Shown: positions 24,600 through 37,719, numbered from the whole stretch's first letter. The stretch: DNA of 62,667 nucleotides, filler included, from Basidiobolus ranarum (GCA_040143965.1; 11 parts of 11 records of this genome joined end to end with filler, not necessarily neighbours in it); one strand, 5' to 3'. The notes: generated by a model from the sequence alone, not told the origin. Made by a program: numbers and translations.

Positions 24600-27500
24600 A
24601 AATTCATTACAGTTTTAATCCATTTAGGGCTGACCATATACTTGCTGTCATAAAATTGTTAAGTTAGATATAATTTCAATCCAGGATTTAAATTTCAAGA
24701 GTGAAATTTAAAGATTGCACAAAATAGTTGCACATAATTAGATACAATATCAGAAAACTATGGATCAACACATGTGTGAAAAGTATAACCCCAATTTTAC
24801 AAATTTACCACTTGTATACTAGTTTATCTCCATTGAAATCCCTAGTTTCTTGGATACATTCTCCTGAATATTGCTATAAAGTACTTCATACCAACAGTTT
24901 GGCTCAAATCCAACACAGGAATGTATTAGTATCTCCAACAAAGCCCACCATTGTGCTAACATTGCTTGATCAACATACTTCTGGCTATCTAGCAGATACT
25001 GTGCAGTAATACACTGCTCTTTATTAAGTTATTCCCAGATATCTGCACTGTCACCTACCACCAGATTATCACACAAACAAAATGGTCCAAATTATAGAGC
25101 TACTTACTACATGTTCATTGATTGTGTTTTGTTGCTATCATTGTGCTCAAAAACATGAAAGCCCAAGAGCACATTAAAAAGAGCCCTTTGGTAGAAGGTT
25201 AATATAGTCTGGAATCTACATAACAAATCACATTGCATCCATCAGTAATTTTGCTAATACATTGTTAATCAGATTAGCATATGGTGATACTGACAATTTC
25301 ACCTGGAGTATCATTTCACCCCAGGTACACTCTGTTTAGAACTCCAAGAATGTATAGCAAGGGCCTAAAATCTCTATGCATGGTGAAAGATGTAGCAGGG
25401 AATGTAATGAATACTGGCATAGAATCAGTCTATTGTCATTATACCCGTGATAAAGTTTCTCATATCCAGTTACAAAATCTTTGCATAGTGGTTGTACCTG
25501 CTGGAGATCTGCTAATGTGAGTCAAAGCCATAAGAATATATTAACAATATCCACAAAAAACTCCCAGTGTAGCCAATACTTAACCGGCAGAAATCTATTC
25601 AAGATTCCAGTAGGATATACACAAATGCAATACTTCCAGTCTTTGCATTTAAATAAATGCCTAAACAAGTGGATATTGATGGTAGTCCTTGTAAAATATA
25701 ATTGTATCTTGATCTCTTCAAGTATTTTCCCAGTTGACTCAAACTTTGATACTATTGTCAATGGCTCATTCAGATTAAATTTTCCACTATACAGCTGTGC
25801 AATTTATGTTGGAATGTTGTTGAACTGTAAGTGCATAGTGCCTAATGGGAAACTCTGTCACCAGCTGATCCCCCTAACAGAAATTTGAGGATTGTTATCA
25901 TAGGAAAGCCATCACAATTTAACCCATTTGGGATTGACTATTTATTTACCATCATAAAATCATCAAGTTAGATATGATTTTAATCAATTTTTTCAGCTTC
26001 AGGAGTGAATTTCAAGATCTTGCAAAATAGTTGCACATGATTGGCTACAATATCAGAGAACTATGTATCAACACATGTGCAAAAAGTGTAACTCAAATTT
26101 TATACACATACCACTTGAATGCTAATTGGTCACCTTTGAAATTCCTAGTCTCTTTGATATATTCTCCTGAACATTTTCATAGAGTTCTTCATACCCAAGG
26201 CTTAGCTCATACCCAACACAAGTTTGTAGCAATATCTTGATCAAAGCCCACAAATATATTAACATTGCTAAATCAACATTCTTTCAGCTATCTGGCAGAT
26301 ACCCTGCAATATTGTGCCACTCTGTATTAAGTTCTTCCCAGATATTTGCACAGTCAACACCAGACTGAATGTCAAGTTGTATGTTCTTCTTCTGAAGCCA
26401 CTTTTGGCGTACTTGGACTGCATTTTTCCCTTCATACTTTTGAAACTACTCCTCAAGCACTTTGACTATTTTTGTATGTTCTTGTAGTGTGACACTACTG
26501 ACCCTATGAATAAGATGGGAATGAATACCAGAGGAAAACCAGAGAAAACACATATATAGGGATAGAAATACCATAAGACAATGGGAGGAAAAAAGACAGG
26601 TAAAGAAACCATAAGAACTTTGTTGCAAGACCAGCATAATACCATTAAAAAACAGTAACAAAATAGTATGAAATGCAAATCTAAATTTTTTTGTTACGGC
26701 TGAGGGTCCTTTGCAGTGTTTGTGCAGCTTTTTGCTTGTCTCTAACCTTGCAGCTAACTTCAACACTTTGAAAAGTACCAGTTGAGGTTGGAGAGCTGTG
26801 AGTTTTATTTGCTGGTGTTTTGGCTTGTTGAGAGATGCCAGGTGTTAGATAAACTTCCAAATTTGGCACTCTTCCAGCTGGTGTAACTGGTTCCATGGTT
26901 AAATTAAGCCTTTTTGCCAGTGTATCTGCATAGCAACTTCATAGTTTTTACTTATGATTGCATACAAATCATTACAGTGTTGTGCCTGCAATTCCCTTGT
27001 TGTAATAATTCTATCCAAATTTTCTATGGAGGGTTGTTCAATAGTGGGCAAAGTAGCCATTTTGGAAGTTGATGGTGTTGACAGTGTTTTGGTTGAACTT
27101 TGCTCAACTATTGATTTACTACATGATTGGGGGATTACAATCTCTTCACTTGCACTATTACTGGTAAGGAACACATCTGGTAGATTGATTAATGCTTCAT
27201 CATTACTAGAGTTAGTTTCTAGCTTGTTAATGCCTTCCAAAGTGGATGGTAGACTGCCAGACTGCTCATCAATTAAATCTTCTGTTCTTGCTGGTTTTTT
27301 TCCTTTCATGCCAGCAGGCTTTGGCTGAGAAGCCAACTTTGACTTGGATTTTGAATGCATTTTGAATGGCATTGAAATTTTCAGATGGTAAACTTGGTGT
27401 AATGAAATTGCTTAGAAACAGTTTATAATAAACCAAAATTGCCATCCATTACCAGAAATATCTTGTAAGTCCCCTGATGACTCATCTGTGACACCATCTC

Positions 27501-28486
27501 AGAATCAGCAGATGATATTGATGGGCTATACCTACAATACCACCCTTAGGTGGGAGGTGTTCTTTTTTCCACAATATTATTCACATGCTGCAACACAAAT
27601 GTTTAAAGAAGCCCTGCTATTATTGTCACATATTCTTGAGCTATGAAAGCCAGAGGCTTCATAGAAAAAACAATCACCCACATGGTCACTGTAGAAAGCC
27701 ACCAGCTGCACAAAGCCTAGTGTATAACAACAGTAACAAGTGCACTAAATCAACTTTAGTTTTGCCCATTGAGTCCACTGACTGTAGTTTGCCTCAAGGT
27801 TTTGGTGACACAGCCAAAAGTCAGGATACCATGGTGTTACCACAGTTATATAACTAGAATGATGTAGGTCAAAATGCAACTTTGGTCAAACCAGTAAGTC
27901 CAGCCAACTTTGAGGACTTGCTGCTAGATTTTGACCTTAATTATACCAGTACCAATGGTAGTATATCAGAAGTTGAACAAGAAGATGATGATTTTGATAC
28001 AGACTCTTTGTTATTTGCAAACATTAGTCCACTCATAACACTTACTCTAAAAGAAGCAGCTTAGATTATTGACCAGTGGAGAGTTCAATCCAATCTTAGC
28101 AACCAGGTGTTTAATGGTTTTCTTACACTTTTATCACAGTTGATTGGAAACTGTTGCTTGCCACAGACCTGGCACAAGTGGAAAACACTTGTCAGTTGTA
28201 TGACTTATAATCCTTCAGTAATTAAACTACCTTCATGTCCCAATGGTTGTTTGGCTTACACTGGTGACCTGAAAAACCTGAAGTCATGTACTGTTTGCAC
28301 ACAATTGGCAATCACTGAATAAGGTAAACATTGTTCATATTTGGCTTACCTACCATTGATTCCCCATCTTGAAGTTTTGATGAAATCACCCAAATATAGA
28401 TCATTGATCCAATACCAAAGTACTCACCATAAAGCTGATGGTATTACCTATATACTTGATGGATATCACTACCAGAATCTGAAAAG
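24600..28486. mobile_element. Mosaic of CACTA-like family pieces: ORF2 3' fragment (24600-25060, -), transposase 3' part (25075-25875, -), ORF2 (25900-27372, -), transposase 5' part (27585-28486, +)
   Basis: Direct nucleotide and peptide similarity to the contig 2 and 4 copies (MPFKMHSKSKSK, MEPVTPAG, MLQHKCLKKPC, FKCKDWKY). Confidence 0.8.
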
Positions 28487-28798
28487 NNNNNNNNNNNNNN
28501 NNNNNNNNNNNNNNNNNNNNNNNNNNNNNNTTAATTAATTAANNNNNNNNNNNNNNNNNNNNNNNNNNNNNNNNNNNNNNNNNNNNACGCACCACTTACC
28601 ATACAACAAATAATTAAAACCCCCCACGCCGATTATTCCCATACTCTCAGGCCTAGGGTTTCCATTGGAATGCATATATTGAGCTATGATGCCGATTCAG
28701 GAGAACAAGCAATCGTCCTCAGCTGGTATCTTCCATTCTTCACCTCAGCTTCCGTACCACCCTTCTCTTAAGCACCTTAATCTCATACAACTGATAGC

Positions 28799-30583
28799 AT
28801 GGTTCTCTTGACTAAAACTGCGTCTTTGAGGTAAGTATTTACAAGCTGATATGCATCAAGTATTATTTGCTGACATCATTTGTTAGCTTACGTCAAGCAA
28901 ATGGCTTGAAAAAGCTCTCAGCAATCGCCACCTTGAGAAAGTTATCTACTGCCACAGAGCCTACCACTAAAATGTACATCAACGGTGAATTCATCGAGTC
29001 ACAAACCAAAGAGTGGATTGATCTGAGAAATCCCGCAACCCAAGAGATTGTTACCAGAGTACCTCAATCTACTCCAGAGGAATTAAAAGAGGCCTCACGT
29101 GTTGCTCAGGATACTTTCAAAACTTGGAAGAAAACATCCCTTCTTTCGAGACAAAGAAAGATCTTGGATCTTCAACTGGCCATTCGTGAAAATATGGTAT
29201 AGTGAATGAATGGACAACTTGACAGGATATTCCTAAAACGGGTGATTCATCTTGACTTATTTCTCTAGGATCGTATTGCCAATTCCATAGTTACCGAGCA
29301 AGGAAAAACTTTCAAGGATGCTCAAGGAGACGTTCTCAGAGGCTTGCGTAAGTATTGTGAATCTTCAATTGGACATTGTCTGCTGATGTTAACCTAAAAA
29401 TATTTCAGAGGTTGTTGAGCATGCTTGTGGTATTACCGACTACATGAAAGGAGAGTTGCTGAGTGTCTCTAAGGATATGGACACCTACACTATCAAAGAA
29501 CCCATTGGTGTTACCGCTGGTATTACTCCCTTCAATTTCCCAGCTATGATTCCTCTTTGGATGTTCCCCCTTTCTATTGCTTGCGGTAACACCTGTATCA
29601 TAAAGCCATCCGAACGTGATCCTGGTGCCATGATGATCTTGGCTGAGTTGGCTGATCAAGTGGGAATTCCAAAGGGTGTTCTAAACGTAGTCCATGGTAG
29701 TGTTGATACCGTAAACTTTATTTGTGATGATCCTAATATCAAGGCCATCAGCTTCGTTGGTTCTGATCATGCTGGAAAATATATCCACAATCGTGGTTCT
29801 GCTAATGGAAAGCGTGTTCAAGCCAACTTGGGTGCTAAAAATCATGGTGTCATCATGCCCGATGCTGACAAAAACCATGTATTAAATCAATTAACCGGTG
29901 CCGCATTTGGAGCAGCTGGTCAGCGTTGTATGGCCCTTTCTACCGCTATCTTTGTCGGTAAATCCAAGGAATGGTTACCTGAATTGATCGAACGTGCCCA
30001 GAAACTGAAGGTATCCAGTGGTTTTGAGCCTGATACTGATCTCGGCCCACTTATTACCGTTCAAGCTAAAGAGCGTGTTGAGTCTTTGATTCAATCAGGT
30101 GTAGATGAAGGAGCCAGTCTTCTCCTTGATGGTCGTGGTATCAAGGTACCAAAGTATGAGAATGGTAACTTTGTAGGACCTACTATTTTGTCCGACGTCA
30201 AAACCAACATGAAGTGCTATCAGGAAGAGATCTTCGGCCCTGTATTGGTTTGTTTGAGCGTAGATACTATGGAAGAGGCCATTGACATTATCAACAACAA
30301 TCGTTATGGTAATGGTACTGCCGTCTTTACTAGATCTGGCTCTGTAGCTCGCAAATTCCAGGAAGAAGTTGATGTAGGTCAAGTTGGTATCAATGTACCT
30401 ATCCCTGTACCTTTACCTATGTTCTCCTTCACTGGATCCCGTGGATCTATTGCCGGTGATTTGAACTTCTATGGCAAGAGCGGTCTTCAATTCTATACAT
30501 CCATCAAGACTGTTACTTCTTTGTGGCGTTCTGAAGACGCAGAGGCTGGATTGAACAGTGTCAACATGCCTACTATGCAATAA
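28799..30583 (+). CDS. mmsA: Methylmalonate-semialdehyde dehydrogenase (acylating, ALDH6 family), 4 exons (28799-28830, 28887-29196, 29269-29347, 29409-30583), about 531 aa, probable mitochondrial presequence
   Basis: Splices in frame. Motifs [66 protein letters not shown]. Confidence 0.95.
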
Positions 30584-31479
30584 TTGCATCAGAAACATAA
30601 CAGATCATTCCAGCATATATTCACACTTGACTTTAGTTCTGAAACTCGAGAATTATGAGTGTTCTAAGTCTACTTGGTTCCACTTAATTCAAGCTAGTAT
30701 CTTTATTCTTCAAGTAGGATATTAATCATCATGCGATTCCAACATGTGCATACTTTGTAAAGAAGCAATCATCCAAATAAATTGATCATGTTCAATAAAA
30801 GAGTCTTACATATAAAAGCTCCCGGTATGGCTATTTATACCAAACAGGGCAGCATTGTGTCAATAGTTTACTGATCTACGCTTTGTGAGCTCACACATAC
30901 GAGTTTTCATTACTGATGCTTTGAAGAGTCTGAAGAAATGTGAGGAGATAACTATGAAGTAGAGTTTGGTTCAGGATATCCAGGATCAACTGCACATCAC
31001 CCATCGAGAGCTGGAAGATAAATTATTATCCAAACTTGGGACTGATGGTGGGGTTGAAAGACTAAAAATCAACAAGAATAAAACCGTTTCACATTTCTGT
31101 TATGGATACTATCAGTAATAAACCATACTTGGAATTTGGCATACATTTTTTGTGAAATCTCTATTATTAATCCCGAAGTTATAAGCTGAAAGACTATCAT
31201 ACAATGCTGTATTGCTTTGATTCTTTAGCAGTAAGTATGAACCAAAAGACATTATGCAACTCAAGTGTAAAGAGTATATATTGCACTATGAGCAATATCT
31301 GATGACCATGATGCTAGTGTGACACTGCTACAATTTCTCGTTGGTTTTGAGCACATTGAAATCTAACAGCTCTTCAAATCATTGTCATATTCAAGTATTG
31401 CAAAATAGTCAAAGCTCTACAAAGAACCAAGATTCAAACCTTGGCAAGTGAATTCAGAAATAACCAATAATAGAACATG

Positions 31480-31790
31480 TTAAAGTATTTGGGAGCCTGT
31501 TGGAAGTGATTTGGAGAAATCCAGAAGTTGGTGGTTTTCGCTTACTGATTTATTGAGTAGAAAGTTGACATATATACTTTTGTCAAGACTAACGTGTAAA
31601 ATGTGTTAAGGAAGGTCCCAGGAACATGTGTGCAAAGTTTGGGGCTTCTAGCACAAGTTTGAAAAAATCTACATATCTGAGAACTTCTAAGTTGGTGTCA
31701 ATATTCCAAGTAAATTCCTCATGAGAGTAATGGGTAATATCTTAGTTCAATATAAGATAACTAAATACTAAGCTATATATGACTATATAG
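31480..31790. repeat. Dispersed non-coding repeat; partial copies at about 5510-5624 (same strand) and 57200-57350 (inverted)
   Basis: Shared ...aagtaaattcc...tatcttag...tataagataactaa.tactaagctatatatgactat. Confidence 0.7.
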
Positions 31791-32219
31791 ATGTTTAGGC
31801 AATGCTAATTTCAACAGAATTGATACTTTCCTTTACAGCAGGTTAACACTGATGCAAGTTAAATATGTTAGGTCACTCAAAAAACTGTTAAACATTTATA
31901 ACTTCAACAGAACATCCTTTATATGTTCCATTAGAATTCAGATTTCATCAGGAATCATGTTTGGTGCACTAATGTCATCAGTCAGTTGGATATCATTACA
32001 GCAAGAATTATGAACTATCCTGATGAGGTAGGTGGAATAGTGACTCGATTCAAAACAACATACGTAATGTTCTCAAGCCTGAAAGCAAGTATTTACGCAT
32101 GCCAAGTAAATTCATCAGATGGACTCGGATGAGTTTGGAAATACAACTCCAGCAGGCTATTTGACTAGTCACTCTGCGATAGGAACTGTCAAGTTTCGAA
32201 GTGACAATGTTATGTGGAT

Positions 32220-32345
32220 GAATGGATATAGACCTTTCTCAAAAGAAGGCAGGGGGCCTCGTACGAGCGGTCAAGAGCTATAGGAGAGAGCTTCGAGGAG
32301 TGTGCCATTACTGCTCAACAGTGTCAGACACTCATGTTCTAAGGC
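32220..32345 (+). mobile_element. Possible Ty3/Gypsy gag remnant
   Basis: MDIDLSQKKAGGLVRAVKSYRRELRGVCHYCSTVSDTH resembles the PMDID...RR..GLCxYC...H gag C-terminus. Confidence 0.3.
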
Positions 32346-32753
32346 ATCTTGAGGCAGAGTTTAAAGTTACGCAACACTAAAATGATACGTGGTAATCAAA
32401 TAATGCACTCCCAATGAAATACCATAGTAAATATTGTTTTAATGATTTAAATAAGATAAAAAAATACAGATTTAGAAAATGAAGCGCAGTGAAAGTACAG
32501 AATATCTATGTCGTAGGTTGACATCAAAAATTGATCTAGCACAGAACAATAATCAGATTGAAAAGACTTCTCTACATCTTGGAGCGATATCAGGGATTGA
32601 TATTCAAGATGAAGAAATCGAAATTAAACACATAAATCAATTTTGATGTACAATGGAGGAGAATATTAGATGTTACATATGGATAAGAGCAATATTACTG
32701 AAAAGATTAAAAATAGGGCTGATACTAAAGCTTATTTAGACAATTAAAATCAT

Positions 32754-34190
32754 CTACGCTTCAATACCTTTTTGCTCGGGTACTTCCACTCCGTCAAATT
32801 CAAAGTCTTCTTCGTCGCTTAGGTCAATTTCGTTGCGTAGGTTACTGGTGCTTGGCTTATAAGCAAGTCTGGATATCTCAGCTACCAAAGCCGGTGTTGA
32901 GGGACGAGAGTTATTGGATTGATTGACGGGATGCTCACGCTCCAATACGTTGATACGCTGCTCCATAGCAGCTACATAACGACGGGCGTTCTCCATTTCA
33001 GCCTCCTTGAGTGAAATGGATTTGAGGTATTCTTGCTCTTTGGTTTGAACATACTCCTCTTGGTGACGAAGGGTTTGTGCTAGAGTGGCAAACTGTGAAG
33101 AGAGTGCAGTAAACTCTCCTTTGATGGTCACCAAGGTGCTTGTTAAAGATGAGTTCTCCTGACGTAATCCCATCACTAAACTAATCAAATCTGACTGACT
33201 CATGGAACTAAGTTCACCGTCTGAGTTCTCTGAAGTGCTCTTAGTAAGAATTCTATTCACTTCTTCAGGTAAGACGGGAACATTCTCGGTAGCTTTGATG
33301 ACTTCTTGTACATTGATCTGAGTTTTTGCGTCAACAGGAGTGTGTGGCATAGAGTCAACACTTATACTTGAGACAGTCTCAGCATCAACATCAAGTTCCA
33401 GTTTGGGGACACTCATAACTGGGCTGGTGACAACTTTCTTAGCAAAGTTTGTCTCAATGGGCTTGGATGGCACTTCGTCGGTAGGAGAACCGTTTTCAGA
33501 ACCAACTTTCTTGCTCTTTTTGTTCTTCTTCTTGGATTCTACAACTTCGGGAAGTTCATCTTCAATTTGCTCCAAAAGCCATTTACCCTTATGGGCAGCA
33601 ACGCGATCTTCGATTTCTCTTTGGCCTTCCTTTAGGAAGAGCTTACCAAGCACAGATCCAAGAACATTTCTACCGACGTTAACACCACGCACAAACTCAT
33701 TCCAAACTTCCTGTCGACGTGAAGTAACGTCATTGATCACAGAATGATGCTTCCTCAATAGTTTCTCCACAGTGGTGGTTTCACGGTATTCAGTATCCAT
33801 CATCTGTACCTCCAAAGTAGGAACCAACAAATCAACAAATATCTCGGGAGTGATCAATGTCTTGAGATGAGAGATTGACCAAGAACGAGTGGATGAGACC
33901 AATGATTCAACACGCTTGATACGTTTCTTGAATTCCTTGTTGGCTGCCTTTTCAAGACGCCCTTGAGTAGTAGGCTGGGATTCAGTTTGCCAAATTTGTT
34001 TGATTGCTTCGATCTCAGCTACGATCTCTGCTACTCGAGACTCGAATTCAGTTTCTAATTTACTCAACCCAGTCTCTACACGAGTAGAGAAGCTCTCCAA
34101 TTGAGACAATATGTGTTTGAGCTTATTCTGAAGGACTTCATCCTCCTTATTTGAAAATCTCAAGTGGTCTCTTGTGACATTGCCACGATT
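32754..34190 (-). CDS. Hypothetical coiled-coil protein, 5'-truncated by the contig end
   Basis: Frame of more than 470 codons, open to the contig edge, with coding-like codon use, heptad-rich segments and a KKKNKKSKK basic patch. No family recognised. Confidence 0.8.
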   Translation of the reverse strand, partial: NRGNVTRDHLRFSNKEDEVLQNKLKHILSQLESFSTRVETGLSKLETEFESRVAEIVAEIEAIKQIWQTESQPTTQGRLEKAANKEFKKRIKRVESLVSSTRSWSISHLKTLITPEIFVDLLVPTLEVQMMDTEYRETTTVEKLLRKHHSVINDVTSRRQEVWNEFVRGVNVGRNVLGSVLGKLFLKEGQREIEDRVAAHKGKWLLEQIEDELPEVVESKKKNKKSKKVGSENGSPTDEVPSKPIETNFAKKVVTSPVMSVPKLELDVDAETVSSISVDSMPHTPVDAKTQINVQEVIKATENVPVLPEEVNRILTKSTSENSDGELSSMSQSDLISLVMGLRQENSSLTSTLVTIKGEFTALSSQFATLAQTLRHQEEYVQTKEQEYLKSISLKEAEMENARRYVAAMEQRINVLEREHPVNQSNNSRPSTPALVAEISRLAYKPSTSNLRNEIDLSDEEDFEFDGVEVPEQKGIEA

Positions 34191-35134
34191 NNNNNNNNNN
34201 NNNNNNNNNNNNNNNNNNNNNNNNNNNNNNNNNNTTAATTAATTAANNNNNNNNNNNNNNNNNNNNNNNNNNNNNNNNNNNNNNNNNNNNTGAAATAATC
34301 TCCTCTCCCCCTTAATCCGATCCCCCCTTACTAAGGGCTAAAGTTCAATTTGCAATATCACCCGAAAATTATTGGAACCAATTTTCAACTAGTATTTGAT
34401 TTATGCATGTTCACCAGTTTTAGACGTGTAGATCATTGTGGGCTTTAGTCGATTCTCATAGATCTTCAAATTACCATTTGTATCAAATCAACTGAATAAT
34501 CTCCCCTCAATAAACATCCATAAATTTGGCAATATAAACTGGGTAGCAAACTGCTTCAACCATGCTAGCCGTATCCCGTACTTGTGCTGGCTCAGATATC
34601 TGTAATTGCTGCGCTTGCGGATATGTTGATTAATTTGGTTTATTTGGTGCAATTATTTGAATCAGCCAGAGGGTGACTTACTTTAATGGATATTAGTCAG
34701 AGTGGCCGATAAATATGAACTAAGATATTTAATCTCTAGTATAATGATCGGATTCCAAAACTCCGATTAAAATAAATATGTATATCCAAGACGTAGAGTT
34801 AATTCAATCTCTTGCTATAATACATGTGAAAATAACATATATCACGAGAGTTGCCGCTTGCATTATGAAATTAAGACTAACGATTAATCCTAGTAACCGC
34901 CTCCTCTATCAAAAATCAGAATACTTTCAGGTAAAAGCTATAAGCATGTATTCAACATCACTTATTAGTAATGGATTATTGGTTATTTATTCTGAGTCAG
35001 GTGACAGAGTTATCAAGTGGTGATATTGAGCCCACAAGATAGAAGGTACGTCAGCTAGAAAGAGCCATTCATAATAGACTACTTTGAAGGTGCCTACTTC
35101 GCTTACTTTTCTCGCAATATTTCTGATTACAGTG

Positions 35135-35177
35135 CTTCTTTCCACCACCTACTTCTTCTTTCCACCACCTACTTCTT
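35135..35177. repeat. 20-bp tandem duplication (cttctttccaccacctactt x2)
   Basis: Seen directly. Confidence 0.85.
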
Positions 35178-35378
35178 TTTGAGATACTAATGCAACCAAT
35201 TATATCATTGATTGAAGGGTTGAGTTCGCTTATTGGATATTGTGACGCCTAAAGTCATGGAAAGTGTAAACCTCTTGCAGGAATTTGTTGACTCTCTTTT
35301 CCAATATAAACTAACGAAACTTTGCGTCTAAGTGGTCAATATCAATCTCGCTCTTCATTATTTTCTGTACTAAATCAT

Positions 35379-36660
35379 ATGGTGAGCATCACTAAAATAG
35401 CTTTGCTACTTCTAGCATGTTAGCATGATGACAGTGCTCCAAGTAAACACATTGTACTAAATATTTTATTATGAATCCAACTAACACTCTTTGTCACTCA
35501 GTCAATGAAAGCTCTTCAGTCGGGAAAGTTACTTTGGCTACCGGGAAGAATGGTGTCGTCTCTGCTGACTCGCAAATATGTTCCGAGGCTGGTGTGCAAA
35601 TTTTGAAGAGTAATGGGAATGCCATTGATGCTGCTATAGCCACTGCATTGTGTCTTGGTACAGTCAATAGTTTCTCGTCTGGTATTGGCGGTGGTGGCTT
35701 CATGACTATTCGTACCAGCAACGGCACGGTTGATTTTATCAACTTCAGAGAAACAGCACCCGCTGGTGCGTCAACTGAGATGTTTAAAGATAAACCTGAC
35801 GCTTCTCAGGTTAGAGGTCTTGCTATTGGTATACCTGAGAAATCCAGGGTTTCGAGTTGGCTCATAAAAAATACGGTCGCATCTCATGGGATAAGTTGTT
35901 TCAACCGGCGATTCGACTTTCTCGTAACGGCTTCCCAGCAACGGAGCAGCTGGCAATTAAACTACAACTTTATAAGGATATAAGCTTAAATAATTCAGCT
36001 TTCAGAGAAATTTACAGACCTCGAGGAGATGTCTTGAAAGTGAGGGAGCTGGTAAAGAGATCTCGTTTTGCAGACACATTGGAGGAAATAGCTATGAATG
36101 GACCTGATGCATTCTATAAGGGAAAAAGTGCCAATTTCATTGTGAGTGCGATTCAAAATGCTGGTGGGATCATTACTTTGGATGATCTTAGCTTGTACCA
36201 AGCAGTATCGAAGCCTCCGCTTGTAGGCCACTATCGAGGTCATAAAGTGATTTCTGCACCACCACCAGTTGTTCTCTCAGTGCTGAATACTCTAGAAGGA
36301 TACGACCTTCCCACTGATAAACTGAGTGATCTTAATCTTCACCGAGTTATTGAATCATTCAAATATGGTTATGCCCAGCGCACATCCCTTGGGGATCCTG
36401 ATTTCACCAACACAACAGCCAAGATTTCTGAGATGTTATCGAAGGATCAAGGAGCTCTAAGACGGCATAACATCTCAGACACAAGAACTTTTCTAGTTGA
36501 ATATTACCAACCAAGTTACTGACATAAAGATACTCCAGGTACTACTCATTTATCGACCATGGATAAAGAAGGCGGAATATCAATCTTGAATTTGGATCTA
36601 AAGTTCTAGATCAAGCAACTGGTATTGTTTTCAATAATGACATGGATGATTTTTCCAATA
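35379..36660 (+). pseudogene. Gamma-glutamyltranspeptidase pseudogene
   Basis: GNAIDAAIA, SSGIGGGGFM, INFRETAP, GTTHLS and GIVFNNDMDDFS are present. Lesions: frameshift at about 35837, in-frame TGA at 36520, small deletions, missing 3' end. The first exon is uncertain. Confidence 0.85.
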
Positions 36661-37719
36661 CTAGCGAACAGGAATCTTACAAGTTTTTAGATGCTACGAG
36701 TAATCGATTCTATACAATATCTAAAATGGCTGAAGCGAGACGTTGCGAAACTTGGCGTCCGACTTCTATTGGAAATATTTGGGTGAGGAGGAGAATTTGC
36801 TTGATATGTTTAGTGCTGATGTTGTTGCGAATTGCCCAGGATAATCATCCAAGGATTTATGGCAAGATAAGAATCTTATTCCCACCTGTAGTGTGCTAGT
36901 ACATGTCAAGAATGACGGTGCAAAATTCTCGATGATAAAGAGTTGCATATCCATCTATAAATATGAGAACAGAAGTAACGAATGCGGCGATGATCATACA
37001 AGTAGCAATTATTCCTTCAATTGCTAATAGCTGAATGTATATGGAAGTTAATAAAGGTATTGAAGATATTCACTTGAGGTTACCCAAGGTATCTCTTAAT
37101 ATTTCTGCCATCAACTGAACGCTTAGGATGGTCAATCTTGTTAATAAATTTTCGAGCTGAGTCACCATCAAAGCTTAGATTAAGGGTATAGTGGTAAGTT
37201 AGAGCTCAAATTGAGAAATTCGTAAAATCTTGGATTATGATTAATTCATTTGGATTGGGCTGATCGCCATACCGGTCACTTGAATTTCACTAACTTTATT
37301 GTACTAAGCAAATAATTACTAGTGTATGAACCTCTTCTACTATGAACAATTAGTTACTAGTGTATGGGCCCAGTGCTTCTTATTAGTGTATATCCAATAA
37401 AACCTTTTCAGTCGTTAGATTGTACTTGTACTCGTTACCTTTCGCAATGTAAATGGCCTCTAGAAAGAGTTATCAAATAAGAATGCTTGCTCTGAAAGAA
37501 ACAACAAATGGGTCAAGGAAAAGGAAATTGATAAGGAATTTTTCGGGATATCTCGAAATAAATGGATTGATAAACTAAGTTAAGCTAAGTACAAATAGTA
37601 TTGCTATTTAATAACTCGCGCCTCCTCAAAGTGGCTTAGAAAATATGGATATGGATTAACCCGAACGCTAACCCCATTGTTCAACACTCTTCATCATAAA
37701 TGTATATATTATATGATGT

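Noticed and set aside
29405-30598. Antisense ORFs over MMSDH (likewise over GH38, the ATPase, the DUF3472-like genes and the C2H2 gene)
   Set aside because: Shadow frames of real coding sequence.
30940-31060. VEFGSGYPG (RNase H2-like) and TDGG (integrase-like) words
   Set aside because: Too short and without supporting flanking homology.
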